NCBI GenBank assembly: GCA_963783905.1
Contig: CAWAPG010000005.1
Span: 2,820-66,819 of the forward strand
Reading direction: 5' to 3'
Source of the DNA: an uncultured delta proteobacterium
Lineage (GTDB): Bacteria; Desulfobacterota; Desulfobulbia; Desulfobulbales; BM004
DNA length: 64,000 nt
The stretch's first letter is position 1. The number at the start of each line of letters is the position of its first letter. The position numbers were made by a program, and so were the translations under genes. Shown one piece after another: positions 18,562 through 26,425 of the stretch. The notes beneath the pieces are model-generated. The model did not search any database. It saw only the letters and a list, made by a program, of their open reading frames with translations, and had not been told where the DNA came from.

Positions 18562-18993
18562 TTACCAGCCCATCATGTGCCCGCCACGACCGGGGCCGTA
18601 ACCTCGCATCGTGCCCGGGCCATGTTCATATACGGAGGGGTTGTCAATCTCGGCGGCTTCCGCTTTTTTATCAAGATCTGTTTCCAGGTCAAATAGTTCT
18701 CCGGTGAGCTTTGCCACCTTTATTTCGTCAGGATTATCATTGCGCATCAAGGCGTTTAATTCACTTCTCTTAACAACAATTTCTTTGCGGACCGCACTTG
18801 TATCAACTTTGAATTTTTCCAGTGCAGCCTGGTCTTTTTCCGTTAAACCTTGACTATCTGCGTCATAGCTGCCGCAATAACCCGGTCCGTAATTGTTGTT
18901 GCCGAAATATCTGCCGCCATGGGCGGATACCGTCTGAATACCTGCAAAAGTTAATACACTTAAGAGTGCTGCTGCTGTTACCATTTTTTTCAT
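18562..18993 (-). CDS. Periplasmic CpxP/Spy/ZraP-family protein (LTxxQ-type) with Gly/His/Met-rich termini
   Basis: Signal peptide MKKMVTAAALLSVLTFAGIQTVSA. LTEKDQAALEKF matches the LTxxQ motif, the body is a helical repeat, and the tail is GPGRGGHMMGW. The RBS is GGAGA, 7 nt upstream. Confidence 0.6.
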   Translation of the reverse strand: MKKMVTAAALLSVLTFAGIQTVSAHGGRYFGNNNYGPGYCGSYDADSQGLTEKDQAALEKFKVDTSAVRKEIVVKRSELNALMRNDNPDEIKVAKLTGELFDLETDLDKKAEAAEIDNPSVYEHGPGTMRGYGPGRGGHMMGW

Positions 18994-19467
18994 TTTTATT
19001 TCTCCAGATTAGTTTGTTCGTGTTTTTCATTATTATCATTCACTGCCAATATTGGTAGTTCGCCTTTTGATTATATTATGCATAAGGCGTGCCAGAGTTT
19101 TATTTTGAGCCAGTATGTTTTTTAAAATCCAATTATCTCAAGGTTATGAGAGGGCTGCCAGATTGGAATTTCGGCACGGGATGATATATGAGAACGTATC
19201 GTTCCTATCCAATGGTTGAAGAAAAATAGAGAATACTCTTCACTATTGCTGCTGAAAGAATTTAATATTTTTAAATAATTACCTTTCCGAAAAGATGAAA
19301 TCGTCTAAAAGAAAATTGATGGAAAATGTATTTTGATCAGTTGTTAAAGTTGAAACAAACCAATAGTTCATATTATTTGCACAATAGATGGTTTTGTCAC
19401 CTCCAGGTTTTATTATGTATAAGAAGGTTTGATACCGGATGACATCATGAATTCTCTACGCTTAGCC

Positions 19468-19662
19468 CTAATTGTTAAATGGTTTAAATCTATTAATGTG
19501 TTTCATTTTTACCAGCGCATAATCTATTGATATTTTTAATGATTCTACTGTGCAGGCATTGAAAGGGTATTTGAAATGGGGGGATTCTACTATTTTAGTG
19601 GCTTTAAACATCCACCCTGGGGCTTCAGTTATCATAAATCCTTTGTGTTCCTCTTGTTTCAT
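19468..19662 (-). CDS. Small hypothetical protein (64 aa) in AT-rich spacer
   Basis: ATG at 19662 is preceded by AGGAG at an 8-nt spacing (plus-strand ctcct at 19671-19675). No recognisable motifs. The ORF-track start at 19701 lacks an RBS. Confidence 0.4.
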   Translation of the reverse strand: MKQEEHKGFMITEAPGWMFKATKIVESPHFKYPFNACTVESLKISIDYALVKMKHINRFKPFNN

Positions 19663-19885
19663 AGTAACTACTCCTATAACATTTAAAATATTAAAGCCCA
19701 CAACAACTGATATGGGTGAGTGGGGATATATGTTTTTCCAATACAGATATTATTGTTTTTGCGTTACTATTTTATACAATAAGCACAGTTGAAGTTTTAT
19801 CTACCATAATATTTATCTTGTAACGGATTTTGCCATAATCGTGAATTGCACAGTTGATATTCCAAATCAGGATTACTTGCCACAG

Positions 19886-20330
19886 GTGTGCCACGAACGC
19901 ACCAAAGGGTTTTATACCCCCAAGCGCGGTGCTGTACAAGAGATGAGGGCAGGTTTCTCGAAGCCGTCATACAGGTAGAGGCTTCAAACTACCTTAAGCT
20001 GCGCTGGTAAAGAGCCAGGGTGGTGAGTGTTAAGGAAAAGGCCTCGCAGGACGGGGTCAGGTAGGATTCAAGGAGGCGAGCGCAAGCGAACCACTGATGA
20101 GGTGTCGAAAAGTTAAAGATGACGTCAAAACCGAAGGCTTGTGGTACTCCGGGATAAGTTCAGGGGAGACCTGTTTACTGCCTGGGCGGCGTCCGGCATA
20201 AAGGTGGCGCGACCTTGAAACAGGCTCTTGTATGGAACGTGAGAACCTGTCGTTCCGATGATAACGGGAGACTGTCACGTTTGGAACTGTGAGAGCCAGG
20301 GGGTGAGATTCCCCCAGCTACTCGACTCGA
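19886..20330. ncRNA. Candidate large structured RNA (class unknown; strand not established)
   Basis: A GC-balanced block inside AT-rich spacer, with stops in all six frames. It has many nested complementary segments (coordinates are in the findings), including a three-way junction at 20170-20224 and a G5/C5 hairpin at 20299-20315. Confidence 0.3.
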
Positions 20331-20451
20331 AGGTTTTAATCCCTGCCGTTCTTCTCTCCGGTGTTTGATGGTTATCTCAAATTACGGCAAAAGACATATT
20401 TTCGTCATTCATGCAGGTGTAAAGCAACACTGGGTCAACCCTGACAAAGCG

Positions 20452-20937
20452 TTACTCCAATTTTTTTTTGATTTCCTGCACATTGGGCTTGTTAAGCAAC
20501 TTCACAATCTTCGGATTGGTCATCAAACCGTTAAAGTCGCCGGAGTTGATCGCCTTTATAATGGTTTCGTCCTGGAGGATATCCTGGAAGTCCGGGTCGC
20601 TCTGCAGGGACAGGATCAGCTGCATGATAGAACCATCCGCTATCATTTCTTTTTGGATCGCCATGATTTTCTGTTGGCCCGAAACCTCTCCCGGTTCAGC
20701 CGTTGTTCCTGATATATTACGGATGGTCTTAACCCTCGCATCTTCTACCTTCAAGGTTCCAAGGGCAGCAGTCTTAATGGTGTAAACCCCCTCTGTCAGT
20801 GATACCAGCTCGCCGACGATAACGCTGCCGTCAGCCAGGACGATCTCCCGTATTTCTCCGGCGTGAACTGCCGGGGGGAGAGTCATGCAAAGCAGCAAAA
20901 AAATACCACACAGTGTTTGTTTCATTGTTTTCCTCAT
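20452..20937 (-). CDS. Secreted hypothetical protein (161 aa)
   Basis: The signal peptide ends in PPAVHA. The protein has an N-terminal beta-rich part and a C-terminal helical part, with no recognisable family motif. Confidence 0.6.
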   Translation of the reverse strand: MRKTMKQTLCGIFLLLCMTLPPAVHAGEIREIVLADGSVIVGELVSLTEGVYTIKTAALGTLKVEDARVKTIRNISGTTAEPGEVSGQQKIMAIQKEMIADGSIMQLILSLQSDPDFQDILQDETIIKAINSGDFNGLMTNPKIVKLLNKPNVQEIKKKLE

Positions 20938-21258
20938 ACCGATCCTATCCTTCGCTTTTATGCGTCTCGTCTGAAATCATAGTATTGATAATCTATTTCT
21001 ACCGACCTTAATTGGAGATCGGCAGTTTACATGTACATGTTAACAACATTTCTGCGATTAAGGAGGAAAAAGGTTCTATCTGCCGGGAATTGATACCAAT
21101 GTGCTGTATAGGCTTTTGCAAGCGGTTCATGCTTAAACATCCAGCCCTTTTTGAAAACCTGATGCCGCGGATTGATCTCGTTTGGTTACCCTGACAAGAG
21201 CCGATTATTCATTTAAAAATCTTAACATCTAAAATATCATTGGCGAAGAAATGCAGCA

Positions 21259-21894
21259 TCAGGGGACGTAACGCACTGTGAGCAGCGGAGCGGTAATGGA
21301 GACGGAAGGAAGATCCTCAATGCCTACAAACCCCACATCTGTAGAGAAATCGAGAATAAACCGCACCTGGAAATCCGGGAGACCGAGGCGTTGCGCTTCC
21401 CGCATTAATGGCGTAACGTCAATCGATACAAAAGTCCCAAGATCCACATCAAAAAAATTTAACGATTGAGACATCCACGGGTCAGAATCGAAGTCTTGCA
21501 CCCGCAAGCCGGCAACAGGGAAAGAGACAAGATCGAGGAGCGTGGGGACAATGGAAGAAAAATTCACTTCGTTAATGAATACTTCCAGGGTTGCGGAAAC
21601 TATTCTGGCGTTAATAGGTATAACATTCCCGCCGGTGGAATCGTCGAGTGGAAAATCCAGAAAAGCACGGTATTCCGGTAGATTTTGGTCAAGATCATCA
21701 ATACCGAAAAACAGAGTTCCCGGTCCGTTGGTAATAGTGTAGGATTGCAGGGCAGGATCAAAGGCGATATCACCATCCGCCGGCTGATCGCTTAAGATGT
21801 CGGCCACGATTGCTGGCCGCGGACTGCTCCCGCCGTTGCAGGAAAGGGTCAACAGCATTATAGCCAAAATCCCGAGTAGTGATAGTTTACGCAT
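21259..21894 (-). CDS. Lipoprotein, possibly with a DNRLRE-like beta-sandwich domain
   Basis: Lipobox LLTLSC follows the signal peptide, and a strong RBS AGGAGG lies 6 nt upstream. The pattern RAFLDFPLDD...IPINARIVSATLEVFIN resembles the R-x-L-L-x-F-D-L ... I-x-S-A-x-L signature of DNRLRE-type domains. The call is by eye only. Confidence 0.6.
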   Translation of the reverse strand: MRKLSLLGILAIMLLTLSCNGGSSPRPAIVADILSDQPADGDIAFDPALQSYTITNGPGTLFFGIDDLDQNLPEYRAFLDFPLDDSTGGNVIPINARIVSATLEVFINEVNFSSIVPTLLDLVSFPVAGLRVQDFDSDPWMSQSLNFFDVDLGTFVSIDVTPLMREAQRLGLPDFQVRFILDFSTDVGFVGIEDLPSVSITAPLLTVRYVP

Positions 21895-22442
21895 TGTGTA
21901 CCTCCTGAAGTAAACCCGTGATTGAACTTTACTAGGGTTATTCGGTTCTCAAGGTCTGTCGTGTTGTCATTTGCATCTTTGCGCCTGTCTCAATTTAACG
22001 CCTAAGCAAGCAAAGCCATACCCAGAGTATAACCCGGTTATGGGGTAAGTGGCAAGGAGGTTATCCTGATAAGACCTTTGCTGTAGCTGGTGCTATATAT
22101 TGCAAATACAGCTTGCCACAACCGCTGGTTTTTAATGCCTGCCGGGTTTAGTCAAGCCATCGGGAGGTGCAGGGTTGACGCCCGATCCGCAACCCGGAAT
22201 AAAGGAAGTTTGGCGAAAGAGTAGACGTCCTGCCCGGATAAACGGGACGGACAATCTTACAACCGGAGAAAAATACGGTATATTGTAAAAAAGGTTTGTA
22301 AGTTGGCCGGGCTCGGGGTAAGAAACCCGCACGATTGGCAACATACATAGGCAACGATCCCAAGGACGCGGCGGATTGGATGAAGCACTGGGTGGGAAAG
22401 TAGAGCGAAAAAGGGATGCAAAATGCATATTTTCGCATATCG

Positions 22443-22478
22443 AAAAAAGAAAAAGCTGTAACCATTTAAGATTACAGC
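22443..22478 (-). terminator. Putative terminator downstream of tRNA-Leu
   Basis: A 7-bp stem pairs gctgtaa (22455-22461) with ttacagc (22472-22478). On the minus strand it is followed by ctttttctttttt. The stem is short and AT-rich. Confidence 0.35.
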
Positions 22479-22491
22479 AATCTTGAATTGT

Positions 22492-22578
22492 TGGTGCCGA
22501 AGGGGAGATTTGAACTCCCACAGGGAAACCCCTACTAGACCCTGAACCTAGCGCGTCTACCAATTCCGCCACTTCGGC
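22492..22578 (-). tRNA. tRNA-Leu (anticodon CAG), CCA encoded
   Basis: The reverse complement reads GCCGAAGTGGCGGAATTGGTAGACGCGCTAGGTTCAGGGTCTAGTAGGGGTTTCCCTGTGGGAGTTCAAATCTCCCCTTCGGCACCA. It has a 7-bp acceptor stem, a long variable arm, and anticodon loop TTCAGGG. Confidence 0.92.
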
Positions 22579-22719
22579 ACGCAGGCAGGAGGCAATATTA
22601 GTACGGGGGTGAAATTTGTCAAGAGGTTCTTCACGCAGCCATTTGAAATTATTTAACGCCTTGGAGAAGAGGTCGGAAAATCGGGAAGCTGCTGTTGATT
22701 TCCGGCAGAAAACGAGTCC

Positions 22720-23694
22720 ATGAAAATATTTAACAACCTTGCAGATATTACCGCCCCCTTTGTCGAGAGCTTCGTTACCATCGGCAACTTTGACGGGGTG
22801 CACCTGGGGCACCAGATGCTCTTTTCCGAGGTGGTCGGCAGGGCCTATCATAAAGGCGGCACCAGTGTTGTGGTTACCTTCGAGCCGCACCCCCTGCAGG
22901 TGATCCGTCCGGAAATCGGCAGCAAGCTCATTTCAACCTATGAGCAGAAGGTGGAAATGATCTCGCATGCCGGCATCGACGTCCTGGTGGTCATTCCTTT
23001 TACCAGGGACTTTGCGGCAATCAGCGCCGAAGCCTTTGTTGATGATGTTTTGATCAAAACCATAGGGGTGAAGGAGCTGGTGGTTGGCTATGATTATGCC
23101 TTTGGCCGGGGACGGCAGGGGAATATTGAATTTCTGAAGGAGCAGGGGCGGCTGAAGGGATTTCCGGTCATGGTGGTGGAGCCCTTTTATGTTGAAGATA
23201 TGCTGGTCAGCAGCAGCAAGATCCGTGAACTGGTGCGGGAAGGCCGGATGATGGATGTCAAGAAGCTGCTCGGCCGTTATTACCAGATCAGAGGTACGGT
23301 GCAGGAAGGCCGGAGAAGAGGCGGTCCGGTTGTCGGTTTTAAAACCGCCAACCTGCACCTGTCCGAAGAAGATCTCTGCCCGAAAATAGGAGTGTATGTC
23401 ACCCAGGTCGTCTATGAAGGGAAATGCTACGGCGGCGTCCTGAATATCGGTTATAATCCGACATTCGGCGAAAACCGCCTGTCGGCCGAAACCCATATAT
23501 TCGACTTCAACCAGGATATTTACGGCAAGAAAATTAAGATCAACCTGCTGAAATACCTCCGGAGTGAAAAGAAATTTTCCGGTCCTGAAGAACTCGCTGT
23601 CCAGATACGGGAGGATATCCGCCGGGCCCGGGAGATTCTGGGCCGGGCTCAGAAGGAGCTGCTGCTCTCATGCGAGGAAAAATATAACCGCTGA
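22720..23694 (+). CDS. ribF: Bifunctional riboflavin kinase / FMN adenylyltransferase
   Basis: N-terminal FAD synthetase motifs TIGNFDGVHLGHQ are present. The C-terminal riboflavin kinase region reads GRRRGGPVVGFKTANL...GVLNIGYNPTF...ETHIFDF. Confidence 0.92.
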   Translation: MKIFNNLADITAPFVESFVTIGNFDGVHLGHQMLFSEVVGRAYHKGGTSVVVTFEPHPLQVIRPEIGSKLISTYEQKVEMISHAGIDVLVVIPFTRDFAAISAEAFVDDVLIKTIGVKELVVGYDYAFGRGRQGNIEFLKEQGRLKGFPVMVVEPFYVEDMLVSSSKIRELVREGRMMDVKKLLGRYYQIRGTVQEGRRRGGPVVGFKTANLHLSEEDLCPKIGVYVTQVVYEGKCYGGVLNIGYNPTFGENRLSAETHIFDFNQDIYGKKIKINLLKYLRSEKKFSGPEELAVQIREDIRRAREILGRAQKELLLSCEEKYNR

Positions 23695-24013
23695 GCACGG
23701 GGGGTGCACAACTGAAAACGCATCCGCCGGTAATTTCCTTTTACGGGGAGTTCCGCTGCAGGTTGCACAGCGGGCTGTCAATTGTCCTTCATTTTTCATA
23801 TCGTCCCTTTTTCCCTTGCGTATCCAGCTTTTATGCCTATATTGTAAGAGATTTTCCTGCCTTTACGGCGCAGCCGGGACGGACGGATTTTCGTTGATAT
23901 CCCTTTTGGGCCCTGACAGGCAGCGGGTGAGAATCGATCCAGGGTATCGCCTGAAAATGTAATCGGTTTCAGACAAATAAAAGTCAGACAACAGGAGAGC
24001 AATAAAAGAAATC

Positions 24014-24646
24014 ATGGCAGAACAAAACAAAAAGGAAGACCTGAGTAAGGTCATTGCAGAAATGGAGAAAAAAATCGCCGATAAGCCGGGATCGGTAATG
24101 GCGCACCATCATCTGGGGCTGGTCTACCGCAAGGCGGGCCGTGTTGATGACGCCGTGGCCGCCCTGGAAAAGGCCGTTGAACTTGATCCCTTTTCCGTTG
24201 AAAGCCTCATTAATCTGGGGTCGCTTTACTTTGACCGGGGAAGCATTGACAGAGCCCAGGCAGTTAACGAGCAGGCCCTCAATATAAACCGGGCTTCGGT
24301 CCAGGCCCATGCCAACCTCGGCTTGATCTGGCAGAACCGGGGCGATGCGGTGAAGGCCCTGGAGTATTACCAGGATGCGGTCAAACACGATCCGAAACTG
24401 GTGACCGTCTGGATTAACATGACCTCGGTTCACCTCATGCTCGGCAACGACGTGCAGGCCCTGGAAACCGCCCGACAGGCGGTTAAACTGGAGCCTGATT
24501 TTCCCATGGCCCAGAATAACCTGGCAGTGGCCTTATACTATAACGGCGATTATGAGGCGGCCGGGAAACACGCCGCCAAGGCAAAAGAGCTCGGATATGA
24601 AGTTGATCCGCGGTTCCTTGAAGCCTTAAACAGAGAACTTTCCTGA
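24014..24646 (+). CDS. TPR repeat protein
   Basis: Repeated 34-aa units fit the TPR pattern (HHHLGLVYRKAGRVDDAVAALEKAVELDP, NLGLIWQNRGDAVKALEYYQDAVKHDP, and others). Confidence 0.8.
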   Translation: MAEQNKKEDLSKVIAEMEKKIADKPGSVMAHHHLGLVYRKAGRVDDAVAALEKAVELDPFSVESLINLGSLYFDRGSIDRAQAVNEQALNINRASVQAHANLGLIWQNRGDAVKALEYYQDAVKHDPKLVTVWINMTSVHLMLGNDVQALETARQAVKLEPDFPMAQNNLAVALYYNGDYEAAGKHAAKAKELGYEVDPRFLEALNRELS

Positions 24647-24647
24647 C

Positions 24648-25781
24648 ATGGCCCGAACGACCCTGAAGACCAGGCCCTGGTGTCCATTCTGCGGCCAGGA
24701 TGTTGCCAGGCCGCAATTCCCGGATAAGCGGAAAATGGGGGAGTTTTCCCTGGGCCGCTGTGAGTGCGGCGCGGTTTATGCCAGCGATCCCACGGGATTT
24801 AATGTCGGCGCCGCTCTGGTGGAATGCCTGGTGCATGCCTGTGACGACAACTGGGACCTGGCCTGGGACCTGCTGCCGGAAGAGGACTATCTCACCGGCC
24901 GCATTGAAGATTATGACGAAATAAGCCATCAGGTGGTGGAAACCAGAAATCTGGACGGCAGAATTATCCGGGGCGTCCTCTATTTTGTCCGGCTGCAGGA
25001 AAGTCCGGCGGACCTGAAGGGCATTGCCGGAAAAAAAGATAGACTCCACGCCTCCGTATCCGGAAAACCCCGGCAGGAAACCCGGAGAGAAGAAATCCCG
25101 GATTCAAGGCATCAAAGAAAGAAAGCCAACAAGGACCTTGTACGGCAATTGGTACAGAACAGGGATGCCGACGGCCTGGTGGCTCTGTGCCTGGATGACA
25201 AGAAAACCCTGCGTCTGCTGCAGAGACAGCTCTATGAGCCTGATGAGGCAAAGCGCTGGGCCCTTGCCGCTTTCATCGGTGAGGTGTGCAGTCGGGTTGC
25301 CATGCGCAAGCCCGGCATGGTGAGCGACCTGCTGCACCTGCTCTTCGAGGCCTGCTCCGATTCAGCGTCTTCGAACTGGGGTGCGGTGGAATCAATCGGC
25401 GCCATCATCGCGGCCCGGCCCGATATATACGGCTCTTTCACCCGGCATCTTTTAGCCTATATCGGTGATCCCTCGACCCGGATCCAGGTGTTGTGGGCCC
25501 TGGGCACCATTGCCGACAAGCGGCCGGACCTGGTCAGGAACACCTCTTTTTACCAACTCATCGGACTTCTTGACAGTCCGGTTGCCGCGGTGAAGGGATA
25601 TATGCTGCGGCTGCTGGGCCGCCTGCAGGCCGGAGAGGTGGCGGGCCGGATCAGGGCGCTGCAGGATGATACAACGCCTGTGACCATTTACGAGAACGGG
25701 CTGCCGGTGCAGACAGACATAGGCGGCCTGGCCAAAGAAGCACTGCGGATGATAGAAAAAGAAGGAGAAAACAACAAGTGA
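24648..25781 (+). CDS. Hypothetical protein with an N-terminal Cys4 zinc-ribbon-like motif and a C-terminal HEAT/ARM-like repeat region
   Basis: The start lies 1 nt after the TPR gene stop. CPFCGQ...CECG sits within the first 45 aa. The C-terminal half consists of helical repeats (RWALAAFIGEV..., VESIGAIIAARP..., VLWALGTIADKRP..., LRLLGRLQ). The stop overlaps the next start (GTGA at 25778). Confidence 0.6.
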   Translation: MARTTLKTRPWCPFCGQDVARPQFPDKRKMGEFSLGRCECGAVYASDPTGFNVGAALVECLVHACDDNWDLAWDLLPEEDYLTGRIEDYDEISHQVVETRNLDGRIIRGVLYFVRLQESPADLKGIAGKKDRLHASVSGKPRQETRREEIPDSRHQRKKANKDLVRQLVQNRDADGLVALCLDDKKTLRLLQRQLYEPDEAKRWALAAFIGEVCSRVAMRKPGMVSDLLHLLFEACSDSASSNWGAVESIGAIIAARPDIYGSFTRHLLAYIGDPSTRIQVLWALGTIADKRPDLVRNTSFYQLIGLLDSPVAAVKGYMLRLLGRLQAGEVAGRIRALQDDTTPVTIYENGLPVQTDIGGLAKEALRMIEKEGENNK

Positions 25782-26365
25782 ACGTACAGAAAAAACAACC
25801 GGAGATAACCCAGGAAACCCGGGAGGCGGAAGATCCGGCCCGGGCCGACTTTACCAAGGGAAAAGAACTGCGGGCCGCCGGCGATGATGCCCAGGCCGTT
25901 TCCTGTTTTCATAATGCCCTGGTCGGTTTTGAACAGAAGAAAGATGACAGGGGGGTGGCAAATGCCTCGGATCAGCTGGGCGATATCTGCGCCGGGCGGC
26001 AGGAGCACGAAAAGGCGATTGCCCATTATCAGAGGGCGTATGCCATATGTGACCGGGAAAATGACCGGTTCAGCCTCATCGCCCTGCAGAAAAAGATGGC
26101 CCTCTCCTGCAGGGTTCTGAAACAGTTTGATGAAGCGGTGAAAATTTATCTTAATGTGATAGATATCTATGCAGGGTATAATAACCCGGCCGGCACCGTA
26201 TCCACCATGGAGGAACTGGCTGCTCTCTATCTCGAGATGGGAGACCGGCAAAAGGCGGCTGATACGTACAGGACAATCGCCTCAATTCACAAGAATTTCG
26301 GGCATAATAACCATGCGCAGGAATTCAAGGACAAGGCGGCGCAGGTTGAACAGACCGGGCAATAG
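25778..26365 (+). CDS. TPR-like helical repeat protein
   Basis: GTG start overlaps the upstream stop. The repeats are TPR-like (AQAVSCFHNALVGFEQ, EKAIAHYQRAYAI, DEAVKIYLNVIDIY, QKAADTYRTIASIH). Confidence 0.55.
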   Translation: MNVQKKQPEITQETREAEDPARADFTKGKELRAAGDDAQAVSCFHNALVGFEQKKDDRGVANASDQLGDICAGRQEHEKAIAHYQRAYAICDRENDRFSLIALQKKMALSCRVLKQFDEAVKIYLNVIDIYAGYNNPAGTVSTMEELAALYLEMGDRQKAADTYRTIASIHKNFGHNNHAQEFKDKAAQVEQTGQ

Positions 26366-26425
26366 GATTCCGCAGGCTGTCCGTTGCTGCCGCCGGAACA
26401 GGTCTTTAAACTTCAGGATATTGCA

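Noticed and set aside
19886-20330. Calling the structured block an ORF-less group II intron, or alternatively RNase P RNA, tmRNA, SRP RNA or a cobalamin riboswitch
   Set aside because: - Only a 5' GUGUG and an AGC-containing terminal hairpin fit a group II intron. A canonical domain V/VI and an IEP are missing.
- The universally conserved RNase P (GGAAAGUCCGGGC), tmRNA (tag ORF, tRNA-like end with CCA) and SRP (GGAA/AGCA) elements are absent.
- The B12-box resemblance (GAGACCUG) is too partial.

The block is kept only as a candidate RNA of unknown class.
22101-22118. Sigma54-like promoter TGGCA-N8-TTGCA on the minus strand upstream of the lipoprotein gene
   Set aside because: The spacing between the GG and GC elements is two nucleotides longer than the strict -24/-12 geometry, so it is probably fortuitous.
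22150-22260. Partial resemblance to the 5' core of an FMN (RFN) riboswitch (UCGGGAGGUGCAGGGUUGACGCCCGAUCCGC), given the nearby riboflavin genes
   Set aside because: The conserved 3' half of the RFN element (CCGACAGU..AGUCCGGAUG..AGA) is not convincingly present. In addition, a minus-strand tRNA-Leu and its terminator lie between this site and ribF, so it could not act as a leader for ribF.
22132-22890. 252-aa minus-strand ORF spanning the tRNA-Leu gene and the 5' end of ribF
   Set aside because: It runs straight through a well-formed tRNA (22492-22578) and overlaps ribF antisense. The translation has no protein-like features.
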